This document shows positions 24,201 through 35,655 of a DNA stretch of 64,000 nt, piece by piece. A model generated the notes under the pieces. The model saw only the letters and a program-made list of their open reading frames with translations, was not told the DNA's origin and did no database searches. Within the stretch, counting starts at the first letter, position 1, and each line of letters begins with the position of its first letter. The stretch comes from Macrostomum hystrix (taxonomy: Eukaryota > Animalia > Platyhelminthes). The stretch covers positions 4,898,001-4,962,000 of the forward strand of contig CATNEN010000034.1 of NCBI GenBank assembly GCA_950097015.1. Direction: 5' to 3'. A program made the translations under genes and the position numbers.

Positions 24201-25344
24201 CCAGCGAGGCGCCCCAGTTGACGCCGCGTGCTGCCACCTGGCCATCGGGGACGTCAGCGCCGCCGTCGGGAAACTTCTTCGTGGCAATGAGCTGGACCTG
24301 GCTCTGTGGCTGGCCACCAGGGCCGAGTCCTGCGACCAGCGGCTGCGCGACTTCGCTGCCGAGTGGAGCGGCTGGCGGCTTGATCGGCTGCCTGGTCTGG
24401 ACGCCAAGCGCAGAGCGGAGCTGTTGGCCCGTCTGGCGGAGCTGCACAGCCGACGCCAGGACCTGCTAGTGACCTTCGCCTGCCGATTTTCCGGCTCCGC
24501 AAGCGACATCGACGCCGTCCACCGAGTGCTGGGCCTGCCCGGCCTGGACGCCTGCCTGGAAGTCGCCGAGCGTCTGCGCGCCGAGGCAGCCTCGACGTCA
24601 GCGTCGGCTTCGTCCGCGGCAACTTCGCCAGAGTCGCGTCTCCGCCTGCAGCTGGACATTGTGGGCCACTATCTGCTGTCGCCGAATCCTCTGGCCGGGC
24701 TGGAGTTCGGCCTGGCGGCGGTGCGCGACCTGCTGAACGACCGGGACACGCCGTGGACGCTGGACTCGGTGGAGGCGCTGGTTGCGCTGATGAGCTGCGC
24801 TCGCACCGGCAAGCTGCAGCAGGCATCGGCGGTGCAGGAGAAGAACGAGCTGCTCTTCCTGGCCACCTACCTGGGCGCCCTAAAGGCCATTCGCCAGGGC
24901 TACCACTCCGTGGTGGCGCCGCTGTACCGTCACGCCCGGCTGCACTTCGAGCGGCACAAGGACGCCATGGCGGGTCTGGGGCGGGCCCTGACAGGAGCCC
25001 TGCTGGACAAGGAGCTGCACGCCTGGAAGCTGATGCGCCGGGCCGGCTGCCGGGGCAGCGACGAGCGCCCACTGCCTGAGGAGATGCGGCCAGTCTGGCG
25101 CTCGCTGATGGGAAAATGCGCCGGCGACACCGGCTTGGAGGTTGGCGAAGACGTGGCAGCCGGCAGCGCCCTGCCGTACCACTCGGACTTTGACAACTGC
25201 TTCTTCATGGAGAAGCGACTCCGAGGTCCCGTGTTCTACTTGGAGGACGGCCGCTACAGCATCGGCCTGAACGACGCCTTCATGTGGGCCAAGGTTAACC
25301 CGTTCTCGCCTAGCATGACTGGCGCCAGGATTAATCCCTTCTAG
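21274..25344 (+). CDS. WDR17: WD repeat-containing protein 17, single exon, 1356 aa (start could be M at 21301)
   Basis: N-terminal QVRQLALLEAGCQPW...RFAFAATLAVYVY and C-terminal LNDAFMWAKVNPFSP..TGARINPF match WDR17 as I recall it. Many WD40 repeats. AATAAA at 25682. Confidence 0.93.
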   Translation: MMSTVFPYTMACQVRQLALLEAGCQPWSSDTLACSPDASRFAFAATLAVYVYEQARPGGPYQLVSVMAQHKKTVTSLSWHPADDDLFVSASLDPLLLVWNVRKQAPLVRLALPEPMQPRCAGFLPHSHGTVGFLDGAGPLMLWNYSGSAGAASQLPAVHKETQALASQVTTYRWHPAGVATASESAGRIVLGHEDGTLSVVRPGKKTLRRVNFLEADDDLAEDDEDTEDTILGLEWDALSPNFLLVDSRCNGLRLVDVDAQITSVVFQLPSAASPAHSLAWLPSAPGLFVAGDSATGVLRLYSVSRGAPIDSIRVKKSGFRNLRVLTSTRSMPPLEPSAIVDGVDTSCTATASASASAVCASSAVNIGGYSLPDCLLLCAFLDGGVGLYDVQRRDWHFLREMGHVETVFDCEFSPRDENLLATGSFDGTVKLWRISGAGFTPVQSSPDNEGIVYSIAWSPDGSRIAGGTAKNGIFVLDLATGCIDSRFTEHGQQAVYCVSWSAKAPHHLASASADCTCVVRDDSGRLARRLSHPAAVYGVAWHQHSRDILATACEDKAVRVFYLASAGGDRPNRVFTGHTSKVFGVRWSPLRDSYLCSGSDDGTIRVWDCTAEKSIAHLKGHTGPVRGLVWHPELAYLLVSGSWDCHIHCWDIRDGSCLAAVTDHRADVYGLALHPRRPMLLASCSRDSTLRLWSLAELAGPLTACLLFRGLADACFLPAETALKQQPGQPALSGSQSRRFLRESGSGADQLALLLHASPAAGNLHDLQRALSGTPTAALGDSYGRPGGYVAAKDLLKFQAARAQQLELAATNALSTTTSASLASAGRPTSRHRQLRDAASAYLRCGNLRRYCELQAQLGRWERALALAPGVSQAFWRELCHRYTACQRNLELDDLVAFSVATGAADSAAQLLSRRGKFSDALLVAQAAHEGLFASPEEFDETREHRRPASAVSTGGAHPPERLRVAWGSLADSLFQRGAPVDAACCHLAIGDVSAAVGKLLRGNELDLALWLATRAESCDQRLRDFAAEWSGWRLDRLPGLDAKRRAELLARLAELHSRRQDLLVTFACRFSGSASDIDAVHRVLGLPGLDACLEVAERLRAEAASTSASASSAATSPESRLRLQLDIVGHYLLSPNPLAGLEFGLAAVRDLLNDRDTPWTLDSVEALVALMSCARTGKLQQASAVQEKNELLFLATYLGALKAIRQGYHSVVAPLYRHARLHFERHKDAMAGLGRALTGALLDKELHAWKLMRRAGCRGSDERPLPEEMRPVWRSLMGKCAGDTGLEVGEDVAAGSALPYHSDFDNCFFMEKRLRGPVFYLEDGRYSIGLNDAFMWAKVNPFSPSMTGARINPF

Positions 25345-25484
25345 GAGCGCGCTTTAATCCTACTGGGGAGCTAAATATTTCTTGGGAAGTCAGTGCTAAT
25401 CTTGGATTTATAACGTCAACTAGTGATTCCTAAATCCCATTATCTCCTCATAAACTTGCCTCCCTCCGCTCTACCAATATCTTT

Positions 25485-25620
25485 CTCCCCATTGCCTGAA
25501 TCCCGTCTTACCATCCCTTGAATCCCATCTCCCCATCCCCTGAATCCTATCCCCCCATCCCCTGAATCCCATCTCCCCATCCCTTGAATCCCTTCTCCCC
25601 ATCCCCTGAAACTCCTGATC
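25485..25620. repeat. ~22-bp C-rich minisatellite (CCCCATCCCCTGAATCCCATCT)n
   Basis: Tandem periodicity in the WDR17 3' region. Confidence 0.85.
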
Positions 25621-26019
25621 GCCAGTTTTCCCACATCCCCAGTTATTATCTGATTCCCAGCTGTAATTTCTTGCGGGATGCAATAAACGATAACTTTGTA
25701 ATATCTACACTAGCTCGTAGTTTTTTCATTTCTGGATTTTTAATATGAAAGCAAAATTTGTCCATGCACTTTTTGGTTCCTATGTATTAAATTTCTAATA
25801 TTTATTTCTTTATAAAAAATAATTTCTTAATAGATGTTGAAATTCTATCCATTTGTGTGCCACTGCCCCATCTTTGATCAGTGATTGGTTTTTGTCTGCT
25901 AATTTCGTTTTAATTCGTAAAGCACAATCACTTTTCAGCCTAAGATTCCATCTCATCACTCTCATCAATTCCTCATTAATTCCTCATCGATTTCTCATCG
26001 ATTTCTTATCAATTTCTCA

Positions 26020-26660
26020 TCAATTCCCAATCGATTACTCACCACAACTCTCTGATCTATTTTCTCATATTTCTTATAGATTTATCATCAACTCTCTCAT
26101 TGATTTCTCATCGACTCTCTCATAGATTTCTCATCGACTCTCTCATTGATTTCTCATCGACTCTCTCATAGATTTCTCATCGACTCTCTCATAGATTTCT
26201 CATCAACTCTCTCATAGATTTCTCATCGACTCTCTCATAGATTTCTCATCAACTCTCTCATAGATTTCACATCGACTCTCTCACAGATTTCTCATTGATT
26301 TCACATCAACTCTCTCACAGATTTCTCATTGATTTCACATCAACTCTCTCATAGATTTCACATCAACTCTCTCATTGATTTCACATCGACTCTCTCACAG
26401 ATTTCTCATTGATTTCACATCAACTCTCTCATAGATTTCACATCAACTCTCTCATAGATTTCACATCAACTCTCTCACAGATTTCTCATTGATTTCACAT
26501 CAACTCTCTCACAGATTTCACATCAACTCTCTCACAGATTTCTCATAGATTTCACATCAACTCTCTCACAGATTTCACATCAACTCTCTCACAGATTTCT
26601 CGTTGATTTCTCATCAGCTCTCTCATCGATTTCTCATCAGCTGTCTCATTGATTTCTCAT
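26020..26660. repeat. 23-bp minisatellite (TCTCATAGATTTCTCATCGACTC)n with 11-bp sub-insertions
   Basis: Tandem periodicity. Confidence 0.93.
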
Positions 26661-27344
26661 CACAAATCTCTCATCAAATCACAAATTCCTCATGCTTCTC
26701 ACATCAATGTTGTAATTCTTGGAGTTAACTTAAGAAGTGTAGAATAAAAACAGCCGATTATTTATTTCATTGTTAAATTTTCGTTGTTTCCTTAATTAAA
26801 TATGAACTTTACCCATTTTCCGACAGCCAATTTAATCCAGCTCTAAATTAATTAATAAATCAAAAGTAACTTCTAAATGAGGAATTTGTCATCGTTTCGT
26901 AGCAAATTATTTGAGTCCAAGTTTATTAGGGGATTATTGCATAGGCTAATCCTGGATCTCAGCGCTTTGCCCAACTAGCGCTAATCTCACCCCGAGCAGG
27001 ACCCAAAATGGACTCATGCAGCCTCCAAAAAGGGGAAAACTCAATTTTCTTCTAACTCAGCGTAGGCTGGCCAAATTCTTGCCGCTTGGGTGTTTGGGAA
27101 AAATGCAAATCGAGTTTGTGCGCCTCGCCTTGAAGTCCCAGACTTGGTGTTTTCTGTCGATACTTTTTCTGTCTTGCAGCATTTGGGAGAAGGAAGAAAG
27201 TAAGGAAGCTGCTGTTGCTGCTGCTGCTGCTGCTTGAACTGTAGCTGGCTTGGCTAAATCCATGGTTATGTCTCAAAAATCGTTTATGCTTTATATTGAC
27301 TGGCTTTTTAAAATGAATAAATAATGCAGATTCTCAAAGCCTTC

Positions 27345-28557
27345 GGTTATCGGTTGGTTCGATACCCTTAGAACTTCAGGAATCGGTTGGTTCGATACTC
27401 TTAGAACTTCAGGAATCAGTTAGTTCGATACTATTGGAACGTCAGGAATCTGTTGGTTCGATACCCTTAGAACTTCAGGAATCAGTTGGTTCGATACTCT
27501 TTGAACTTCAGGAATCAGTTGGTTCGATACTATTGGAACTTCAGGAATAAGTTGGTTCGATACTATTAGAACTTCAGGAATCAGTTGGTTCGATACCCTT
27601 AGAAATTCAGGAATCAGTTGGTTCGATACCCTTAGAAATTCAGGAATCGGTTGGTTCGATACCCTTAGAACTTCAGGAATCGGTTGGTTCGATACTCTTA
27701 GAACTTCAGGAATCTGTTGGTTCGATACTATTGGAATTTCAGGAATAAGTTGGTTCGATACCCTTAGAAATTCAGGAATCGGTTGGTTCGATACCCTTAG
27801 AAATTCAGGAATCGGTTGGTTCGATACTATTGGAACTTCAGGAATAAGTTGGTTCGATACCCTTAGAAATTCAGGAATCGGTTGGTTCGATACCCTTAGA
27901 AATTCAGGAATCGGTTGGTTCGATACCCTTAGAACTTCAGGAATCGGTTGGTTCGATACTATTGGAACTTCAGGAATCAGTTAGTTCGATACTATTAGAA
28001 CTTCAGGAATCAGTTGGTTCGATACTCTTTGAACTTCAGGAATCAGTTGGTTCGATACTATTGGAACTTCAGGAATAAGTTGGTTCGATACTATTAGAAC
28101 TTCAGGAATCAGTTGGTTCGATACCCTTAGAAATTCAGGAATCAGTTGGTTCGATACCCTTAGAAATTCAGGAATAAGTTGGTTCGATACCATTAGAACG
28201 TCAGAAATCGGTTGGTTCGATACCCTTAGAATTTCAGGAATCAGTTGGTTCGATACCCTAAGAACGTCAGGAATCAGTTGGTTCGATACCCTTAGAAATT
28301 CAGGAATCGGTTTCGATACTATTGAAACTTTAGGCATCAGTTGGTTCGATACCCTTAGCACTCCAGGAATCATTTGGTTCGATGCCCTTAGAACTTCAGG
28401 AATCAGTTGGTTCGATACCCTTAGAACTTCAGTAAAATCTGTTGGTTCGATACCCTTAGAACTTCAGGAATCAGTTGGTTCGATACCCATAGACCTTCTG
28501 ACATCATTTGGTTCGATACCATGGACTCTTGATGCATAATTTGGTTCGATACCCTCA
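27345..28557. repeat. 33-bp minisatellite (TTGGTTCGATACCCTTAGAACTTCAGGAATCAG)n
   Basis: Tandem periodicity. Gives the 11-aa repeat in the spurious minus-strand ORF. Confidence 0.97.
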
Positions 28558-29026
28558 GATTAGTTTGAATAGCTCAAGGTACACAACTTTTTGCTAAGAA
28601 ATTGCTTCATTCTAAATGGGATAAAAGTTCCAAAAACATGCTTTTTTGCCCATTTTTTTTCAAAAGTCAAACTACGAGTATCTTGGCCTATTGAGAATTT
28701 CACTGACTGCCGCTGAATTGAAATTGCATCGTCAAATTGCGCAACACCCCCTAGCTGACTGAGTTGGATGCCTGCACAATTTGGCACAAATTTGAAATAA
28801 ATGTACACAACCTAAGTGTAATCTATTTGTACAAAGCCAGAACTTTGAGAATTCATTTTATAAGGCAAATTTTTGCATCAACAATCCAACAGTCGGAGTA
28901 GCCGATGGGTAGGCACTAGGAATAGGTTAGGCTAGGCGAAGTGTCCCTGGTTCGATTCTGCGCATGCAAAGGAAAGGATGCTAAGCAAAAATATATATTT
29001 TTTTTGAAAATAAAATTCACTTTTGC

Positions 29027-31322
29027 ATGGCTAAACCAGAGTTTGAATCATGGCTAAACCAGAGTTTGAATCATGGCTAAACCAGAGTTTGAATCATGGC
29101 TAAACCAGAGTTTGAATCATGGCTAAACCAGAGCTTGAATCATGGCTAAACCAGAGTTTGAATCATGGCTAAACCAGAGTTTGAATCATGGCTAACCCAG
29201 AGTTTGAATCATGGCTAAACCAGAGTTTGAATCATGGCTAAACCAGAGCTTGAATCATGGCTAAACCAGAGTTTGAATCATGGCTAAACCAGAGTTTGAA
29301 TCATGGCTAAACCAGAGTTTGAATCATGGCTAAACCAGAGTTTGAATCATGGCTAAACCAGAGTTTGAATCATGGCTAAACCAGAGTTTGAATCATGGCT
29401 AAACCAGAGTTTGAATCATGGCTAAACCAGAGTTTGAATCATGGCAAAACCAGAATTTGAATCATGGCAAAACCAGAATTTGAATCATGGCAAAACCAGA
29501 GTTTGAATCATGACTAAACCAGAGTTTGAATCATAGCCAACCAGAGTTTGAATCATGGCTAAACCAGAGTTTGAATCATGGCTAAACCAGAGTTTGAATC
29601 ATGGAAAACCAGTGTTTGAATCATGGCTAAACCAGAGTTTGAATCATGGCTAAACCAGAGTTTGAATCATGGCTAAACCAGAGTTTGAATCATGGCTAAA
29701 CCAGAGTCTGAATCATGGCTAAACCAGAGTTTGAATCATAGCCAACCAGAGTTTGAATCATGGCTAAACCAGAGTTTGAATCATGGCTAAACCAGAGTTT
29801 GAATCATGGCTAAACCAGAGCTTGAATCATGGCTAAACCAGAGTTTGAATCATGGCTAAACCAGAGTTTGAATCATGGCTAAACCAGAGTTTGAATCATG
29901 GCTAAACCAGAGTTTGAATCATGGCTAAACCAGAGTTTGAATCATGGCTAAACCAGAGTTTGAATCATGGCTAAACCAGAGTTTGAATCATGGCTAAACC
30001 AGAGTTTGAATCATGGCAAAACCAGAATTTGAATCATGGCAAAACCAGAATTTGAATCATGGCAAAACCAGAGTTTGAATCATGGCTAAACCAGAGTTTG
30101 AATCATAGCCAACCAGAGTTTGAATCATGGCTAAACCAGAGTTTGAATCATGGCTAAACCAGAGTTTGAATCATGGAAAAACCAGTGTTTGAATCATGGC
30201 TAAACCAGAGTTTGAATCATGGCTAAACCAGAGTTTGAATCATGGCTAAACCAGAGTTTGAATCATGGCTAAACCAGAGTTTGAATCATGGCTAAACCAG
30301 AGTTTGAATCATGGCAAAACCAGAATTTGAATCATGGCAAAACCAGAATTTGAATCATGGCAAAACCAGAGTTTGAATCATGGCTAAACCAGAGTTTGAA
30401 TCATAGCCAACCAGAGTTTGAATCATGGCTAAACCAGAGTTTGAATCATGGAAAACCAGTGTTTGAATCATGGCTAAACCAGAGTTTGAATCATGGCTAA
30501 ACCAGAGTTTGAATCATGGCTAAACCAGAGTTTGAATCATGGCTAAACCAGAGTCTGAATCATGGCTAAACCAGAGTTTGAATCATAGCCAACCAGAGTT
30601 TGAATCATGGCTAAACCAGAGTTTGAATCATGGCTAAACCAGAGTTTGAATCATGGCTAAACCAGAGCTTGAATCATGGCTAAACCAGAGTTTGAATCAT
30701 GGCTAAACCAGAGTTTGAATCATGGCTAAACCAGAGTTTGAATCATGGCTAAACCAGAGTTTGAATCATGGCTAAACCAGAGTTTGAATCATGGCTAAAC
30801 CAGAGTTTGAATCATGGCTAAACCAGAGTTTGAATCATGGCTAAACCAGAGTTTGAATCATGGCTAAACCAGAGTTTGAATCATGGCTAAACCAGAGTTT
30901 GAATCATGGCAAAACCAGAATTTGAATCATGGCAAAACCAGAATTTGAATCATGGCAAAACCAGAGTTTGAATCATGGCTAAACCAGAGTTTGAATCATA
31001 GCCAACCAGAGTTTGAATCATGGCTAAACCAGAGTTTGAATCATGGCTAAACCAGAGTTTGAATCATGGAAAAACCAGTGTTTGAATCATGGCTAAACCA
31101 GAGTTTGAATCATGGCTAAACCAGAGTTTGAATCATGGCTAAACCAGAGTTTGAATCATGGCTAAACCAGAGTTTGAATCATGGCTAAACCAGAGTTTGA
31201 ATCATGGCTAAACCAGTGTTTGAATCATGGCAAAACCAGTGTTTGAATCATGGCAAAACCAGTGTTTGAATCATGGCTAAACCAGAGTTTGAATCATGGC
31301 TAAACCAGTGTTTGAATCATGG
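29027..31322. repeat. 23-bp satellite (ATGGCTAAACCAGAGTTTGAATC)n, about 100 copies
   Basis: Highly homogeneous, with recurring variant blocks. Confidence 0.98.
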
Positions 31323-31430
31323 TCAACTGGGAGATAATTGTCAACTGGGGGATCATTGTCAACTGGGGGATCATTGTCAACTGGGGATCATTGTAAAATG
31401 GGGGATCATTGTCAACTGGTGGATCATTGT
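31322..31430. repeat. 19-20-bp repeat (GTCAACTGGGGGATCATT)n
   Basis: About 6 copies directly after the 23-bp satellite. Confidence 0.9.
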
Positions 31431-32367
31431 AGCTTAAAAAAAGCTGAAAATACAGCTGCTGAAAGTATATACTGGACGAATTAAAAATATTTCTGCTCCC
31501 CGAAGGGGAGCAAAACTTGCTAGTTTCGTTCTAAAATCGAAAAAAAAGAATTATCGACTCAATGTATTGGCTTGTTCAATTCAGGTGCATATGAGGCAAA
31601 CGGCAAATGGCATAGATTTCGGAATCATCAGGTGAATAAACCTGAGTCGTGTGTGTTGAAATAGTGCACTGCCGAAATCTTGATTCCTATAAAGCAAATC
31701 TCACAAAAATAGATCATTTTCTAAAAAATCATTCAACCGTTTTTTGTCGCATTTCACAATAGGCCCAGATTGCATCTAGAGTTACTCGTTCGTTGAGTCA
31801 AAGCAGAAGCGAGCTGTCATTTTTTAGAAATCCTATAATTGTAGGAAAAAAATGCATCGCATGATTGCATCAGTTTGCTGATCCAGGTGTGCCACTGCAA
31901 TAAAAATTAGACGAAGGACAGAGGACATGGTATAGAATAAGGCTCAAACACGCCGAGATTTCGCCCCATCTCTCTTTCCTCTCTTGGACTCAATATTGAA
32001 TATTAGCTGGGGTTCAATAGTACGGCATGCAACAGCTATGTAGTATATAGGAACTCAAACTGATGAGCACGAATTATTAGTGCTCAGTGTGACAGATGTG
32101 CGTGAGTGTGTTTATACCCGAATAGCAATGTAGGGAAGATCAGATGACTATACGCGGTCGGGGATTAGGGATTGAGGAAACGTGAGCGGGAGTTTTCTCT
32201 CAGTCCTAATTATTGGATCAGGATCAGACAGAGTCAGTTGTCCGCATCTTCCGTAATCAAAAGAAGTAAAAAACTTCTTGTGTGCAGTCAGCTTAAAGGC
32301 TTCTGGGTGGGTCTGCTTTGTTGAGCAATTTTTTTCCTGGGATGTCTTTTTACATGCTCTATTATCG

Positions 32368-34243
32368 GTGAGAATCAATCAATGAGGAATAGATCGGTGA
32401 GAATCAATCAATTGAGGAATAGATCAGTGAGAATCAATCAATGTGGAATAGATCGATGAGAATCAATCAATGAGGAATAGATCGATGAGAATCAATCAAT
32501 GTGGAATAGATCGATGAGAATCAATCAATGAAGAATATAGATCGATGAGAATCAATCAATGAGGAATAGATCGATGAGAATCAATCAATGAGGAATAGAT
32601 CGATGAGAATCAATCGATGAGGAATAGATCGATGAGAATCAATCAATGAGGAATAGATCAATGAGAATCAATCAATGAGGAATAGATCGATGAGAATCAA
32701 TCAATGAAGAATAGATCGATGAGAATCAATCAATGAGGAATAGATCAATGAGAATCAATCAATGAGGAATAGATCAATGAGAATCAATCAATGAAGAATA
32801 GATCGATGAGAATCAATCAATGAAGAATAGATCGATGAGAATCAATCAATGAGGAATAGATCAATGAGAATCAATCGATGAAGAATAGATCGATGAGAAT
32901 CAATCAATGAGGAATAGATCAATGAGAATCAATCGATGAAGAATAGATCGATGAGAATCAATCAATGAGGAATAGATCGATGAGAATCAATCAATGAAGA
33001 ATAGATCGATGAGAATCAATCGATGAGGAATAGATCGATGAGAATCAATCAATGAGGAATAGATCAATGAGAATCAATCAATGAGGAATAGATCAATGAG
33101 AATCAATCGATGAAGAATAGATCGATGAGAATCAATCAATGTGGAATAGATCGATGAGAATCAATCAATGAAGAATAGATCGATGAGAATCAATCGATGA
33201 GGAATAGATCGATGAGAATCAATCAATGAGGAATAGATCAATGAGAATCAATCAATGAGGAATAGATCGATGAGAATCAATCGATGAGGAATAGATCGAT
33301 GAGAATCAATCAATGAGGAATAGATCAATGAGAATCAATCAATGAGGAATAGATCAATGAGAATCAATCAATGAGGAATAGATCGATGAGAATCAATCAA
33401 TGAGGAATAGATCGATGAGAATCAATCAATGAAGAATAGATCGATGAGAATCAATCGATGAGGAATAGATCGATGAGAATCAATCAATGAGGAATAGATC
33501 AATGAGAATCAATCAATGAGGAATAGATCAATGAGAATCAATCGATGAAGAATAGATCGATGAGAATCAATCAATGTGGAATAGATCGATGAGAATCAAT
33601 CAATGAAGAATAGATCGATGAGAATCAATCGATGAGGAATAGATCGATGAGAATCAATCAATGAGGAATAGATCAATGAGAATCAATCAATGAGGAATAG
33701 ATCAATGAGAATCAATCGATGAAGAATAGATCGATGAGAATCAATCAATGTGGAATAGATCGATGAGAATCAATCAATGAGGAATAGATCGGTGAGAATC
33801 AATCAATGAAGAATAGATCGATGAGAATCAATCAATGAGGAATAGATCGGTGAGAATCAATCAATGAGGAATAGATCGATGAGAATCAATCAATGTGGAA
33901 TAGATCGATGAGAATCAATCGATGAAGAATAGATCGATGAGAATCAATCAATGAGGAATAGATCAATGAGAATCAATCGATGAAGAATAGATCGATGAGA
34001 ATCAATCAATGAGGAATAGATCAATGAGAATCAATCGATGAAGAATAGATCGATGAGAATCAATCGATGAAGAATAGATCGATGAGAATCAATCAATGAG
34101 GAATAGATCAATGAGAATCAATCGATGAAGAATAGATCGATGAGAATCAATCAATGAGGAATAGATCAATGAGAATCAATCGATGAAGAATAGATCGATG
34201 AGAATCAATCGATGAAGAATAGATCGATGAGAATCAATCAAAG
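32368..34243. repeat. 29-bp minisatellite (GAGAATCAATCAATGAGGAATAGATCGAT)n
   Basis: Tandem periodicity. Confidence 0.98.
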
Positions 34244-35134
34244 AGGATGTCCTGGCCATCAGAAGCAATATCGCAAGCAAAACTTAGCTGTATTCAAACA
34301 GCTCAAATGATCATATATTTACTCGTATCATATTACATTTATTACCAGTATCAGACTAACAAATGAAGCTAATTAAAAAGTATTTTGATATAAGCTTTAC
34401 TAGAACATTTCAACATTTTATATTTTTTAAAGCACTATCCTACGTTTAATTAAATAGATGCCTCTGATAAATCATAACTTTGTCTATAAAATAGTTAAAA
34501 CTGTTTATTAAAAAAATTAGAGCAATGTGTTTACAGCATCCTATGAATAATTGACAAAATAGTGTGCAACAATTTAGGTATATAGAATCGTGAGTTCTAG
34601 ATAAGAACCTAGTCTGAATGAGAAACAACACGTGTAACACCAGATTGGATCACACCTGTGCCAGATTGGATCACACCTGTGCCAGATTGGATCACACCTG
34701 TGCCAGATTTCATAGATAGATGACGCTAAAATAAGTTGAAAATAGACACTGAATAGTGTAAAACAGACAAGCGAAAACATTATAATCATGGTAAAGATTA
34801 CAGAAAGTAAAACAGATAGGAGTTGCCAAAGCTGATAAGCAAAGCAGTGACGCTAAGATTATATAAATATCTAAAAAAATAATAGAATACTTGTATAAAT
34901 ATGGTAGGACAGAGTGGTCGCGTTTTGCTTAAAGTGCAGTGAAAATAGAAAATTAAAAAGGCTAGTTGATGAAAATTGTGTCAAACCGACCGCCAATATT
35001 AAATGGACAAAAAAAATTCGAAAGTTTTTTATCTGCCATACTCTACCTAAGAATGGGCTATGGCGAGTTATAAAACACACTAGTGACCAAAGGACTTTTC
35101 AAAGTATACTAATTTAAACTTGAAATGTAAAAAC

Positions 35135-35545
35135 TGATTTGGGTGAAGGAAGGGCGGGTGAAGGAAGGGTGGGTGAAAAAGCGATGGGTGAAATAGGGGT
35201 AGGTGAAGGAGGGGTGTGTGAAATTGGGGTGGGTGAAATTGGGGTGGGTGAAATAGGGGTGGGTGAATAGGGGTGGGTGAAATAGGGGTGGGTGAAGGAA
35301 TGGTGCGTGAAGAAAGGGAGAATGAAGGTGGGAGAATGAAGGAGGGAGAATGAAGGAGAGAGAATGAAGGAGGGGAGAATGAAGGAGGGAGAATGAAGGA
35401 GGGAGAATGAAGGAGGGGAGAATGAAGGAGGGGAGAATGAAGGAGGGAGAATGAAGGAGGGAGAATGAAGGAGGGAGAATGAAGGAGGGGAGAATGAAGG
35501 AGGGAGAATGAAGGAGGGAGAATGAAGGAGGGGAGGATGAAGGGG
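35135..35545. repeat. G-rich repeats (GGGTGGGTGAAAT and GGAGGGAGAATGAA units)
   Basis: Tandem periodicity just 3' of the DZANK1 stop. Confidence 0.92.
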
Positions 35546-35655
35546 GGTGTTGGATGATGGTAGCGCAAATAAGCAATGTGCACGACTGCATGCGAATCAG
35601 TGCATAGTAGTACTCTCAATCCTACTCCAGCAAGCCTGAGTTCACTTTACACCAA

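Larger units (their letters stand above)
28822..31523 (+). mobile_element. Candidate non-autonomous Helitron containing a satellite array
   Basis: The 3' end is a perfect hairpin TGCTCCCC-GAA-GGGGAGCA (31494-31512), 7 nt, then CTAG|T (31520-31524). The 5' end A|TCTATT at 28821/28822 is only a candidate. Confidence 0.55.

Noticed and set aside
21229-25208. Many overlapping and antisense ORFs over WDR17 (likewise over ETS, DZANK1 and EFCAB5 exons)
   Set aside because: Expected shadow ORFs of GC-rich coding DNA; no recognisable domains.
26993-27276. Short minus-strand ORFs with a (CAG/GCA)n tract and a nearby GTGAGA donor
   Set aside because: No recognisable domain, no frame clearly preferred and no partner exon; could be a non-coding exon.
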